Positions 34,656 to 44,289 of a stretch of DNA of 64,000 bases are shown here, one piece after another. The stretch comes from Methanobacteriota archaeon (lineage in GTDB: Archaea; Thermoplasmatota; Poseidoniia; Poseidoniales; Thalassarchaeaceae): assembly GCA_002716085.1 (NCBI GenBank), contig PAYZ01000019.1:11649-75648 (forward strand), in the 5' to 3' direction. Every line of letters begins with the position of its first letter. Position 1 is the first letter of the stretch. Made by a program: the position numbers and the translations under genes. The notes under the pieces are model-generated. The model was not told the origin of the DNA, searched no databases, and worked only from the letters and a program-made list of their open reading frames with translations.

Positions 34656-36667
34656 CCCCAGGAAAGCTCTCATTCGATGGAATCCCAGACTACCTTCCAC
34701 CTCTCAAGTCAATAGATCCATCAGTTCCTCATGCACCTCCAAGACCACAGGTTCTCGACGAAAGAGGCAGGCTTCTAGCAATTGAGAATTCTCTGAGATA
34801 CTTCCCTGAGGAATGGCACGAGACTCTAGCAAAGGAGTTTCTCGATGAATTGGACCAGCTTGGCCACATTTACATGCACAGATTCAGACCAGATTACGAA
34901 ATGTATGCTAGGCCAATTTCCGATTACAAAGCAAACTCTCAGTCCGCAGCAGCAATTATGCTAATGATTCAGAATAACCTAGATCCTAATGTGGCCCAGT
35001 TCCCTCATGAATTGATAACCTACGGTGCCAATGGTGCAGTCTTCCAAAACTGGGCCCAGTACCTCCTAACAATGGAGTATCTCAGCAAGATGGTGGAAGA
35101 TCAGACATTAGTGATGTACTCTGGCCATCCACTCGGGCTTTTCCCATCAAGCAAGGAATCTCCAATGGCTGTAGTAACTAATGGAATGGTAATACCAAAT
35201 TACTCCTCACAAATAGACTACGAGAGGATGAATGCCTTGGGAGTATCTCAGTACGGCCAAATGACAGCCGGCTCTTACATGTACATTGGTCCACAAGGAA
35301 TCGTGCATGGAACCACCATAACGATCCTAAACGCTGCGAGAAAATATCTCGGAAAGGCTCCGGACGAAGGCCTAGGGGGGGTCCTCTACGTTACTTCTGG
35401 ACTAGGTGGGATGTCGGGGGCCCAGGCCAAGGCAGCCGTCGTTGCAGGTGCTGTATGCATAGTTGCCGAAGTCGACCCATCTCCAGCAAGAAAAAGGCAC
35501 TCACAAGGGTGGCTTTCTGAGCTATACGAAGACATAGAGAAGCTAGTAGATCGAGCTGAGCAGGCCGTTTCGGAAAAACAGGCAATCTCTCTTGGATATG
35601 TGGGAAATATCGTAGAACTACTGGAGTATCTCGTTGAGAGAGGGACTAATGTCGATCTTGCTAGCGATCAGACTAGCTTGCACAATCCATGGCTCGGAGG
35701 ATACGTTCCTGTTGACTACTCATTCGAAGAAAGTAATTCACTGCTAAAGGAAGATCCTGACAAATTCAAGGAAGCAGTACAGATTTCACTCAGAAGGCAT
35801 GTCGCTGCAATAAATTCTCTTTGTTCACGAGGTACTAAGTTCTGGGATTACGGAAACGCCTTCCTTCTAGAATCAAGACGAGCAGGGGCTGACATCACGA
35901 ATGAGGATGGCTCATTCATTTACCCTTCATACGTGGAGGACATCATGGGCCCAATGTGCTTCGACTATGGGTTTGGACCGTTCAGATGGGTATGCACTTC
36001 TGGCGAAGATAGCGACTTGAGGAAAACCGACCAGATAGCAAAGGATGTCCTTGATAATCTATCGGAAGGATGTCCTCCTGAAATTCGTACTCAGTACCTG
36101 GATAATATTAGATGGATAAAAGAAGCAGAAAAACATGAACTTGTTGTTGGCAGTAAGGCTAGAATATTGTATGCCGATGAAGTTGGCCGTAGATCCATAG
36201 CCAGTGCATTCAACAAAGCAATCTCTGATGGTGACATTTCAGCCCCAATTGTTCTCGGTCGCGATCATCATGACGTAAGTGGAACTGATAGTCCATATAG
36301 GGAGACTGCGAATATTTACGATGGCTCTATGTTCACTGCAGACATGTCCGTTCACAACTTTGTTGGCGACTCATTTAGGGGTGCAACTTGGGTAAGCCTA
36401 CACAACGGTGGAGGGGTAGGATGGGGCGAAGTGATTAACGGTGGTTTTGGCATGGTTATCGATGGTTCAGAAAGCTCACAGGAGAGTATCGATTCAATGA
36501 TCTCATGGGACGTGAATAACGGCCTTGCTAGGAGGTCATGGGCCAGGAACCCAGCTGCAATGTTTGCCATATCTAGGGCTATGGATTCAAATGATAGGAT
36601 AGAAGTAACAATCCCTAACACCGTGAAGGAAAGTGTGCTAAGGGAAATGCTCGAATATACGCGATGA
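34646..36667 (+). CDS. hutU: urocanate hydratase (long form)
   Basis: 673-aa ORF. Contains 'GQMTAGSYMYIGPQGIVHGT', 'YVTSGLGGMSGAQ' and 'GRDHHD'. Confidence 0.95.
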   Translation: MEMTPGKLSFDGIPDYLPPLKSIDPSVPHAPPRPQVLDERGRLLAIENSLRYFPEEWHETLAKEFLDELDQLGHIYMHRFRPDYEMYARPISDYKANSQSAAAIMLMIQNNLDPNVAQFPHELITYGANGAVFQNWAQYLLTMEYLSKMVEDQTLVMYSGHPLGLFPSSKESPMAVVTNGMVIPNYSSQIDYERMNALGVSQYGQMTAGSYMYIGPQGIVHGTTITILNAARKYLGKAPDEGLGGVLYVTSGLGGMSGAQAKAAVVAGAVCIVAEVDPSPARKRHSQGWLSELYEDIEKLVDRAEQAVSEKQAISLGYVGNIVELLEYLVERGTNVDLASDQTSLHNPWLGGYVPVDYSFEESNSLLKEDPDKFKEAVQISLRRHVAAINSLCSRGTKFWDYGNAFLLESRRAGADITNEDGSFIYPSYVEDIMGPMCFDYGFGPFRWVCTSGEDSDLRKTDQIAKDVLDNLSEGCPPEIRTQYLDNIRWIKEAEKHELVVGSKARILYADEVGRRSIASAFNKAISDGDISAPIVLGRDHHDVSGTDSPYRETANIYDGSMFTADMSVHNFVGDSFRGATWVSLHNGGGVGWGEVINGGFGMVIDGSESSQESIDSMISWDVNNGLARRSWARNPAAMFAISRAMDSNDRIEVTIPNTVKESVLREMLEYTR

Positions 36668-38223
36668 CTCTATTTGGCAATAACGGTTCGAAACCACTGA
36701 TGGTTGATATCGAGATTGACGGTGCCTCACTGACTCTTGAGCAGGCTATATCAATAGCTAACGGCGAATCTACAGCTGCATTATCTAAGGAGTCAAGGGA
36801 TAATATGCTCCAATCTCGTGCAGCAGTTGAGGAGATAGTCAGATCCGGAGACACGGTTTACGGGATAAATACTGGATTCGGGGCGATGTCTTCAGTGAGG
36901 ATTGAAGAAGAAGAAATCGAGGCTCTCCAAGAAAACCTGGTCAGAAGTCATGCATGTGGCGTAGGAGAGAGGATGGAACCCGAACACGTCCTTCTGATGA
37001 TGGTGCTAAGGGCAAACTCAATCGCTAAGGGATGCTCTGGCTCTAGGCCAGAGGTCGTAGATCTGATTCTCTCGATGGTAAACTACAGGATATCGCCTGA
37101 AGTTCCACGAATAGGCTCACTAGGTGCATCAGGAGACCTAGCACCCTTATCTCACATGGCATTATCAATGATGGGTGAAGGTAAATGTTTGATCAACAAC
37201 AATGGTATTTGGGAAACACGATCAAGCAAGGACGCTCTCTCGGAAGCAGGCCTACTTCCAATTAAACTCCAAGCGAAGGAAGGCCTCTCTCTAATCAACG
37301 GCACTAGCCAAATGTGCGCTTTCCTTACCATAGCCATTTTGAACATGGAGATGCTTTCATTCGCCGCTGATGCTTCTATGGCATGCTCATTAGAGGCGAT
37401 TCAAGGATCCCAAAGGCCATTTGACCCTAGGATTCAAGCATCAAGGCCGCAATTCGGACAAGCTGTCTCGGCTGCTAGAATTTTGGAGCTTCTTTCCGAA
37501 TCTGAGATTTCTTCCTCCGATGCGAATTACGAAAAAGTCCAGGACGCATACTCTTTCAGATGCGCACCACAGGTGCATGGGCCCGTTATCGACCTATTGA
37601 GAGAAACTAGAAGGATGTTGGAAATTGAAATCAATAGCGCTACAGATAACCCCTTGGTTTTCGTGGAGCGGGGTAATTCAGAAATTATCAGCGGAGGAAA
37701 TTTCCACGGCCAGAATCTAGCTATTGCCAGTGATGCGATAGCAATTGCTTGTCACGAACTAGCCTCAATTTCCGAAAGAAGGATTAACCAGGTATTGGAT
37801 CCAAGATGGACAAACCAGAATGCATTCCTCGCTAAAAGAGAGGGACTCGAGAACGGTCTAATGATTGTGCAGTACGTTGCAGCAGCCATAATCTCCGAGC
37901 TTAACCTGTTGGCAGCGCCAGCTACCACTAGTAACGTTCCAGTTAGCATGGGCAAGGAGGATCACGCTTCTATGGGCTCTACTGGTTGCTACAGAGCTCT
38001 AAGGTCATCAATACTTCTTTCACAGGTAATAGCAAACGAGATGTTGTGCTCATCTGTGGCTTTGGATGGAATTGAAAAGAAAGCCGGAAAGGGAGTATCA
38101 AAGATTCACAAATGGGTCAGAACAATGGTGCCTCCTTTAGAGGGCGATAGAACAATGACAGATGAGTGTGAGGCCCTATCTGAAGCAATAGTAAATGGTC
38201 GACTGTCAAATATTTTCAGGTGA
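36664..38223 (+). CDS. hutH: histidine ammonia-lyase
   Basis: 519-aa ORF with a 4-nt overlap. It has the MIO motif 'GSLGASGDLAPLSH', plus 'NGTS' and 'QDAYSFRC'. Confidence 0.95.
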   Translation: MTLFGNNGSKPLMVDIEIDGASLTLEQAISIANGESTAALSKESRDNMLQSRAAVEEIVRSGDTVYGINTGFGAMSSVRIEEEEIEALQENLVRSHACGVGERMEPEHVLLMMVLRANSIAKGCSGSRPEVVDLILSMVNYRISPEVPRIGSLGASGDLAPLSHMALSMMGEGKCLINNNGIWETRSSKDALSEAGLLPIKLQAKEGLSLINGTSQMCAFLTIAILNMEMLSFAADASMACSLEAIQGSQRPFDPRIQASRPQFGQAVSAARILELLSESEISSSDANYEKVQDAYSFRCAPQVHGPVIDLLRETRRMLEIEINSATDNPLVFVERGNSEIISGGNFHGQNLAIASDAIAIACHELASISERRINQVLDPRWTNQNAFLAKREGLENGLMIVQYVAAAIISELNLLAAPATTSNVPVSMGKEDHASMGSTGCYRALRSSILLSQVIANEMLCSSVALDGIEKKAGKGVSKIHKWVRTMVPPLEGDRTMTDECEALSEAIVNGRLSNIFR

Positions 38224-38245
38224 TATATTGCAGGAAAAATTGCAT

Positions 38246-38950
38246 ATGACTAGGCACCCGGGATCTGATCCCCCACCATTCGATACCCAGGTAGTAGGTA
38301 CGAAGGAAAACTACGTTTTATTGGAACGTACTTACTGCTATCCCAGAGGCGGCGGTCAACCAGGGGACAAGGGCAAATTATTTTCAGATGGGGCTCCCAT
38401 TTCTGATTTACATGAGGTTCTTCCAGGTGAAATGATATTGCATCCAGTGGATGACGTAAGTGTTTTCTCAGTTGGACAGGAGATTACTTGCAAGATAGAC
38501 GTCGAAAGAAGAAACGCGCATACATTAATGCATACTTCGCAACACATATTCTCTGCAATAGCAGAGGATATCTGGGGCGCCGAGACAGTTGGTAATCAGA
38601 TTGGAGCCACTAAATCCAGAGTCGATCTTCTGTTTGAGGATAAAGAAATATTCGACCCCGACGAATTAGTTAATTCTGTGAACTCAATAATTGGGTCAGA
38701 CATTGATGTGAAAGTACACGAGTGGGATAGGACGAGGATAATGGAACATGAGAAGATGAGGCATACAAAATTCATGCATCGAATTCCAGAATCGATTACC
38801 CATCTTAGGGTCGTAGAGGTAGAAGACGTAGACCTTTGCCCATGCGCCGGTACACATGCTTCCAACACCTCTCAAATCCCAAAGGTCAGATTCACTGGAA
38901 AGAAGAACAAGGGCAAGGGCCGATTGAGAGTTTCTTACGAATTTGAATAA
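38246..38950 (+). CDS. alaX: alanyl-tRNA editing protein AlaX (AlaRS second-additional-domain family)
   Basis: The ORF track frame opens at 38195, overlapping hutH. The internal ATG at 38246 is preferred. It has the Zn motifs 'HTSQHIFS' and 'CPCAGTH'. Confidence 0.8.
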   Translation: MTRHPGSDPPPFDTQVVGTKENYVLLERTYCYPRGGGQPGDKGKLFSDGAPISDLHEVLPGEMILHPVDDVSVFSVGQEITCKIDVERRNAHTLMHTSQHIFSAIAEDIWGAETVGNQIGATKSRVDLLFEDKEIFDPDELVNSVNSIIGSDIDVKVHEWDRTRIMEHEKMRHTKFMHRIPESITHLRVVEVEDVDLCPCAGTHASNTSQIPKVRFTGKKNKGKGRLRVSYEFE

Positions 38951-38974
38951 TATTATTGTTAGTATCATTTCTAA

Positions 38975-39050
38975 TGGTGGGCTCGGCAGGAATTGAACCT
39001 GCGATCTTCGCCATGTCAAGGCGACGTCATAACCCCTAGACCACGAGCCC
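38975..39050 (-). tRNA. tRNA-Val (anticodon GAC), CCA encoded
   Basis: The reverse complement is GGGCTCGTGGTCTAGGGGTTATGACGTCGCCTTGACATGGCGAAGATCGCAGGTTCAATTCCTGCCGAGCCCACCA. Acceptor GGGCTCG/CGAGCCC, anticodon arm TCGCC-TTGACAT-GGCGA. Confidence 0.9.
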
Positions 39051-39094
39051 GGCCTTCATCCGAGTAAACATTCACACAAGAATGATTCTGAGAG

Positions 39095-39247
39095 TCATGA
39101 AACTATTTTCGAAATCCTTCCTTCACAATTATGTTTGGAGCAAGACCCAGAAACCCTAGTCCGGCCATTACTCATCTTGATTAGTTTCGGGTTGAGGATC
39201 ATTACATAGCTCTTGCATTTCATACAGAAACCCTGTTGATCACCCAT
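39095..39247 (-). CDS. small zinc-ribbon protein (DUF5679-like)
   Basis: 50 aa from the internal Met: 'MGDQQGFCMKCKSYVMILNPKLIKMSNGRTRVSGSCSKHNCEGRISKIV'. It shows a CxxC...CxxxxC pattern. A TATA-like box lies inside the longer ORF-track version. Confidence 0.5.
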   Translation of the reverse strand: MGDQQGFCMKCKSYVMILNPKLIKMSNGRTRVSGSCSKHNCEGRISKIVS

Positions 39248-39273
39248 GTCTTTGCTAGAACATCCTAGACTTG

Positions 39274-39280
39274 AATATAT
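39274..39280 (-). promoter_or_regulatory. TATA-like box for the small zinc-ribbon gene
   Basis: ATATATT (minus-strand reading) lies about 30 nt upstream of the ATG at 39247, which implies a leaderless or short-leader mRNA. Confidence 0.3.
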
Positions 39281-39497
39281 CACTTCAAGTAGGGGAGTAA
39301 GATGCGATTTACAAGAAATTCTTTAAAAACGATTAACTGCGAATAAGTTTTGTAAAATTTGTCAAAAAACAATTCTGATAATCATGGTTATCGGAATTAT
39401 GTAGGCTGGAAAAATCTCTCCAATATCCTAAAACTTACTCAGATTATTTGAAATTTCTATCAAGATTAATGAAATTAAAGAAATAATTTAGTTTGAA

Positions 39498-40790
39498 TCA
39501 ATACACATTATTAGAATTTACAATATTTCCATTTTTGAAAGTAATTTTTACGGGAGAACTTCCGGGAGTCTGGCACCATGAGTCGGCAGATGATGACCAT
39601 AGTACATTCAGGTCAGCAATACGGCCCTCCGAAATAACACCCCTGCACTCATCTCCACCAAACATGGTTGAAGAAGGATTTCTAGTTACAGAAACAAGCC
39701 CAACTATTGGGTCGATTCCAATTCTGTGTGAAAGCATACTTCCAATTAATGGGAGAGATGTTATTGGACAGTTTGGATTGAAATCTGTAGCAACTGAAAA
39801 GGGCCAATCTTCCTCAATACATTGCTTTATTGGTAAGGCTAGGTCTTTTGATAATACATATGGGGTTCCAGGGAGAAATGTCTGCACCGTCCCCGCTTCC
39901 GCAGCACAAATCCTGGAGTCTTCATTAGAGCATGCAGCATGATCTCCGCTGACAGAACCTAGCTCGGCGGCCAAAGCAAGCCCACCATTGTCAACAAATT
40001 CGTCTACGTGAAGCCTTGATCCTAATCCGTGAGATTTGGCTTCTGAAACAATTTGTTCAGTTTCTTCTATGGTAAACCACCCTTCTTCGCAGAAAACATC
40101 TACCCACTTGGCCAAGGAAAGCTCCGAAACAACAGGCAATTGTTCTGAAATCAGTTGTTCTACATATTCCTTCCTAGAAATTTCTTGCGGGAAATCGTGA
40201 GCACCTAGCCATGTTGGCAGAATGTCACATTCTACAGCCCTATTCACAATAGATATCGACTCTAGGATCTTCACTTCAGTATCTACATCTAGTCCATATC
40301 CGCTCTTTGCTTCTAGTGAGGTTGTTCCGTTAGTTAGCGAGGATTCCACTCTCCTAACCCCTGATTCCACCAGAGTCTTTTGAGGGGTGCTTCTGGTTTG
40401 CATTACAGTTTTTCTTATTCCCCCCCCAGAAGCTGCAATGTCCTTGTATGTCTTGCCTGAGATTCTCATAGAGAGCTCATTTGACCTATCCCCAGACCAA
40501 ATCAAGTGAGTATGGCTATCAACAAAACCCGGAACAACAGACATTCCGTTTAGATCAATAACTGTAGTATCGGTTTGTTTTGAACTAGAGGGATACCAGG
40601 GGGCATATTCCGCAACCAACTCTTGCATTTCACATACTCTTTCAATTGAACCATTATTGATGAGAATCCCCATACCAGGTTTGTGAACCAGATTCTCCCT
40701 TTCTAGTAGATTTTGGCCAGAAAGTGGAAACTCATCATCCCCTGTTGATAGATGGGCGATCTCTCCGCAATTGTACAAGAGTGTTCTCAC
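39498..40790 (-). CDS. hutI: imidazolonepropionase
   Basis: 430-aa ORF. Contains 'VVPGFVDSHTHLIWSGDR', 'LHVDEF' and 'SGDHAA' (amidohydrolase metal ligands). Confidence 0.92.
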   Translation of the reverse strand: MRTLLYNCGEIAHLSTGDDEFPLSGQNLLERENLVHKPGMGILINNGSIERVCEMQELVAEYAPWYPSSSKQTDTTVIDLNGMSVVPGFVDSHTHLIWSGDRSNELSMRISGKTYKDIAASGGGIRKTVMQTRSTPQKTLVESGVRRVESSLTNGTTSLEAKSGYGLDVDTEVKILESISIVNRAVECDILPTWLGAHDFPQEISRKEYVEQLISEQLPVVSELSLAKWVDVFCEEGWFTIEETEQIVSEAKSHGLGSRLHVDEFVDNGGLALAAELGSVSGDHAACSNEDSRICAAEAGTVQTFLPGTPYVLSKDLALPIKQCIEEDWPFSVATDFNPNCPITSLPLIGSMLSHRIGIDPIVGLVSVTRNPSSTMFGGDECRGVISEGRIADLNVLWSSSADSWCQTPGSSPVKITFKNGNIVNSNNVY

Positions 40791-40840
40791 GACGTTCGAT
40801 ACTTAGTATAGTTGAAAGAACTCGCGCTCATCGCACGTCC

Positions 40841-41848
40841 GTGCAAGGCATTATCCTGGGGATCGAAAGTACTGCGCATACTTTCTCGTTTGGCATTGTT
40901 GGAACCGATGGTAAGCTTTCTCCATCTAAATCTTCACTATTCCGGCCTGAGGAAGGCGGAATCCACCCTAGAGAAGCAGCTGATCACCATTCAGATTCAA
41001 CTGCCAGATTACTAGACAGCGTCGGAAAAACGGAAGGTTTTGAATGGGGCGACGTGATAGCCATAGCATTCAGTCAGGGGCCTGGACTTGGACCATGTCT
41101 TCGTGTTGGAGCTTCTGTTGCAAGGACACTTTCATCCACTCTAGAAGTCCCCTTAGTGGGGGTTAATCATTGTGTTGCCCACATAGAGGTTGGTAGAAAT
41201 CAGACTGGTTGCGAAGATCCAGTTCTGCTATACGTAAGTGGTGGAAACACACAAGTAATTGCTAGGGCTGATGGGAGATACAGGGTTCTCGGTGAGACTT
41301 TAGACATCGGAATAGGAAACATGTTAGACAAGTTTGCCAGAATACATGGAATCCCATTCCCAGGGGGCCCCGAGATTGAGAGGCTGGCATCAAATATCAA
41401 ACCATCAAAAGAAATCAGCTTAGATGAGGTATCATTGCCTTATGGGGTTCATGGGATGGATTTAGCATTCTCAGGGATGCTAACTTCAGCTATCCAAAAA
41501 GTATCAGAGGGAGTCCCTCTGGATAGAATGTGTTGGTCTCTGCAAGAGCACTCATTTTCTGCATGTGTTGAGGTTGCAGAGAGAGCAATGGCCCATACTG
41601 GAAAAAATGAATTACTTTTGGGCGGAGGAGTTGCTTGTAATGATCGAATCCGAGAGATGGCAACAATAATGTGCGAAGAAAGGGGTGCAACGTGCCATTG
41701 GCCAGAAAAGCAATATTGTATTGACAATGGAACTATGATCGCCGAGCTAGGAAGAAGGATGCTTGAATGCGGAATCTATACAGAATTAATGGATAGTGCC
41801 ATAAATCCAGCTCTCAGAACAGACAACACTGCTGTAGTTTGGGATTAA
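40841..41848 (+). CDS. kae1: tRNA N6-adenosine threonylcarbamoyltransferase Kae1 (not fused to Bud32)
   Basis: Contains 'ILGIESTAHTFSFGIV', 'HHSD', 'GVNHCVAHIE' and 'LLYVSGGNTQ'. The in-frame GTG at 40841 is preferred because the longer ORF (from 40724) overlaps the divergent hutI start. Confidence 0.9.
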   Translation: MQGIILGIESTAHTFSFGIVGTDGKLSPSKSSLFRPEEGGIHPREAADHHSDSTARLLDSVGKTEGFEWGDVIAIAFSQGPGLGPCLRVGASVARTLSSTLEVPLVGVNHCVAHIEVGRNQTGCEDPVLLYVSGGNTQVIARADGRYRVLGETLDIGIGNMLDKFARIHGIPFPGGPEIERLASNIKPSKEISLDEVSLPYGVHGMDLAFSGMLTSAIQKVSEGVPLDRMCWSLQEHSFSACVEVAERAMAHTGKNELLLGGGVACNDRIREMATIMCEERGATCHWPEKQYCIDNGTMIAELGRRMLECGIYTELMDSAINPALRTDNTAVVWD

Positions 41849-41906
41849 AGCCTCACTAAATCTTATGAGAGTCCCTATGGCCCGATAATCAAGGATTGAT
41901 TAGACA

Positions 41907-42716
41907 GTGCAGAGAAGGAGGAGGAGGAAGGCAGAGCCGAAGAACATATTTGGTACAGGTTCGCAATCCTCCAAAAAGACCAGTCCTTCCAAAACTAGAG
42001 TGCCCAAAGCTGTCAGACCTAGACCACAAGCTGCTCCACCTTCTGTTCCTGGAGCAAAGCCAAACCTAGCTCCAGTGAAAACACCATCTAAACCCGAGAA
42101 AAACGTCGAAGATGAACTTGAGAATAAAATTGAACAGACGCCTATCATAGAAGAAAATATTGAATTGGAAGAGGACCAAATTTCCATAGAGAAAGACCAG
42201 ATTCTTGGCGATAATAGTAGGAAGGATATTGGCATAACCAAGACTGAAAATGAAAGCCAGGAAATTGTAGAACCAGACTCTTCAGGAAAAAGCCAGAAGG
42301 CAATGCAGATTATCCAGGATAGTCTACGAAAGGCAACTAAGGCCGTATTAATGGAGAAGAAAGAATCACAAGACGGCCGAAAACTTCCAAGTTCTGATGC
42401 CCCAGAAAGACCGAAGAAACCTCAGAAGAAACTCCGTAATAGGGTGTCTTCTTACCAGCCAGCTTCGAGGGCAAAGCGCTTGGATCGGAGTAGGCATATG
42501 GAGTATAAGTACGAAATGAGGGGCCTCCTGGTGGAGCTTGGTGTCGCCGAAGAGCACAGGTCAAACCTTCTTGCAACAATCTGGGCTCGTGGTGAGAGAC
42601 AAACGATCAATGAAGCAAAGGAATTCCTTCAGGAGAAGCTCCACGAAGGCGCAATAGATAGCCAGCAAATGGAGTCACTGGAGAAGGTAGTAGACGGTTA
42701 CACTATCAGAAGATAA
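41907..42716 (+). CDS. basic low-complexity protein with small helical C-terminal domain, unknown function
   Basis: 269-aa ORF with a GTG start. The N-terminus 'MQRRRRRK' is followed by a K/P/S/A-rich tract ('KTRVPKAVRPRPQAAPPSVPGAKPNLAPVKTPSKPEK'). The C-terminal about 70 aa contains 'LLVELGVAEEHRSNLL'. Confidence 0.55.
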   Translation: MQRRRRRKAEPKNIFGTGSQSSKKTSPSKTRVPKAVRPRPQAAPPSVPGAKPNLAPVKTPSKPEKNVEDELENKIEQTPIIEENIELEEDQISIEKDQILGDNSRKDIGITKTENESQEIVEPDSSGKSQKAMQIIQDSLRKATKAVLMEKKESQDGRKLPSSDAPERPKKPQKKLRNRVSSYQPASRAKRLDRSRHMEYKYEMRGLLVELGVAEEHRSNLLATIWARGERQTINEAKEFLQEKLHEGAIDSQQMESLEKVVDGYTIRR

Positions 42717-42723
42717 CCTGAGA

Positions 42724-44289
42724 ATGGTTCTTGTTATGCCACCTTCTGCGCGATTCGTGAGAGATGCCACAAAGGAAGAAATGGGTCGAGAAATTGGCGA
42801 AGCCGGAAAGCCGCCATATCGTAGGGGAATTCATCCTGGAATGTATGCCGATAAAACATGGACAATGAGGCAGTATGCAGGTTTCTCCTCAGCAAAGAAG
42901 ACAAACGAACGATTTAGGAAACTTCTCGAAAACGGCCAGACTGGGATTTCAGTAGCTTTTGACTTACCGACACAACTGGGTCTAGATTCTGATGACCCCC
43001 TATCTTCTGGCGAAGTCGGTAAAGTAGGTGTAGCAATTGACACAATTAGCGATATGAGGGATCTTTTCGACGATATAGACATGACATCTATCTCAACCTC
43101 TATGACAATAAATGCACCTGCAACTACACTTCTCGCCCTATATGTGGCAGTCGCTGACGAGAGGGGTCTACCAAGAGAGAATCTTGCAGGAACCGTGCAA
43201 AATGATATTTTGAAGGAGTATATTTCACGTGGCTTGTACATTTTTCCACCAGAACAATCAATTAGGCTAACAACAGATCTCATGTTCTGGTGCAAAGAAA
43301 ACACCCCAAAGTGGAATACAATTTCAGTCAGTGGTTATCACATGAGGGAGGCTGGTTGCTCTGCATCTGAGGAGATTGCTCTAACAATTTCAAATGCCAT
43401 ATTTTATGCTAGAAATGCAGTAAATAGGGGCATGGATATCGATGATTTCGCACCCAGAATGTCCTTTTTCTTCGCTTGTCACAATGATTTCGTAGAAGAG
43501 GTCAGTAAATTCAGAGCAGCCAGGGAAATTTGGTACAAAATGGTAGAGAACGAATTCTCTCCAAAGAACAATAGATCATCGCAGCTAAGATTTCATACAC
43601 AGACATCTGGAGTAACGCTCACTGCCCAACAACCAATGAATAATGCAATTAGAGTCGCATACCAAGCTCTTGCAGCGGTCCTTGGAGGCACCCAGTCTCT
43701 GCATACAAATAGCTTCGACGAAGCCCTCGGACTGCCTACTGAGGAGTCTGCAAAAATAGCACTCAGAACTCAGCAGATAATTGCCGAGGAGACCGGTATC
43801 GTTGATCATGTAGACCCATTTGGGGGCTCTGAGTCAGTTGAACGAACGACAGACAGACTAATTCAAGAGGCCGAGAAGATTATCGAAGATATTGAATCAA
43901 TGGGGGGGCCAATGGTTTGTGTAAAAGCTGGGTATCAACAGAGAATCATCCATGAAAGTGCATGGAATCAGCTTAATCGAGTCGAGTCCTGTGAGGATTT
44001 GGTTGTTGGAGTGAATTCCCACCAAGATCATGAAGATCTTGATTTCGAGGGTTTAGTAATAAATCCGGACGATGAAAAGAGACAAATCTCCAAACTAATT
44101 GAATTAAGGGAAAATAGAAATCAAGATTTAATCGGAAAAAAACTCTCCGAACTTAGAGATTCATGCAATGATGGCAGCAACATTATGGAGAAAATCATCA
44201 GTGCCGTAAAAGCCGAAGCTACAATTGGAGAAATCAACAATATAATGAGGGAAGAGTTTGGAACATGGGTTGCCCCAAGTGGTGTTTGA
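42724..44289 (+). CDS. methylmalonyl-CoA mutase, catalytic (large) subunit without B12-binding domain
   Basis: 521-aa ORF. Contains 'TMRQYAGFSSAKKTNERFRKLLENGQTGISVAFDLPTQ' and 'GGTQSLHTNSFDEAL'. Confidence 0.93.
   Translation: MVLVMPPSARFVRDATKEEMGREIGEAGKPPYRRGIHPGMYADKTWTMRQYAGFSSAKKTNERFRKLLENGQTGISVAFDLPTQLGLDSDDPLSSGEVGKVGVAIDTISDMRDLFDDIDMTSISTSMTINAPATTLLALYVAVADERGLPRENLAGTVQNDILKEYISRGLYIFPPEQSIRLTTDLMFWCKENTPKWNTISVSGYHMREAGCSASEEIALTISNAIFYARNAVNRGMDIDDFAPRMSFFFACHNDFVEEVSKFRAAREIWYKMVENEFSPKNNRSSQLRFHTQTSGVTLTAQQPMNNAIRVAYQALAAVLGGTQSLHTNSFDEALGLPTEESAKIALRTQQIIAEETGIVDHVDPFGGSESVERTTDRLIQEAEKIIEDIESMGGPMVCVKAGYQQRIIHESAWNQLNRVESCEDLVVGVNSHQDHEDLDFEGLVINPDDEKRQISKLIELRENRNQDLIGKKLSELRDSCNDGSNIMEKIISAVKAEATIGEINNIMREEFGTWVAPSGV

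Noticed and set aside
38696-39019. A 107-aa minus-strand ORF overlaps the alaX 3' end and tRNA-Val.
   Set aside because: It runs through a well-folded tRNA gene and is antisense to the conserved AlaX 'CPCAGTH' region.
40724-40840. The ORF track gives a 5' extension of the Kae1 ORF (39 extra codons) that overlaps the divergent hutI start.
   Set aside because: Kae1 homologs begin just before 'ILGIESTAH'. The in-frame GTG at 40841 gives a normal length of about 335 aa and removes the 67-nt overlap with hutI.
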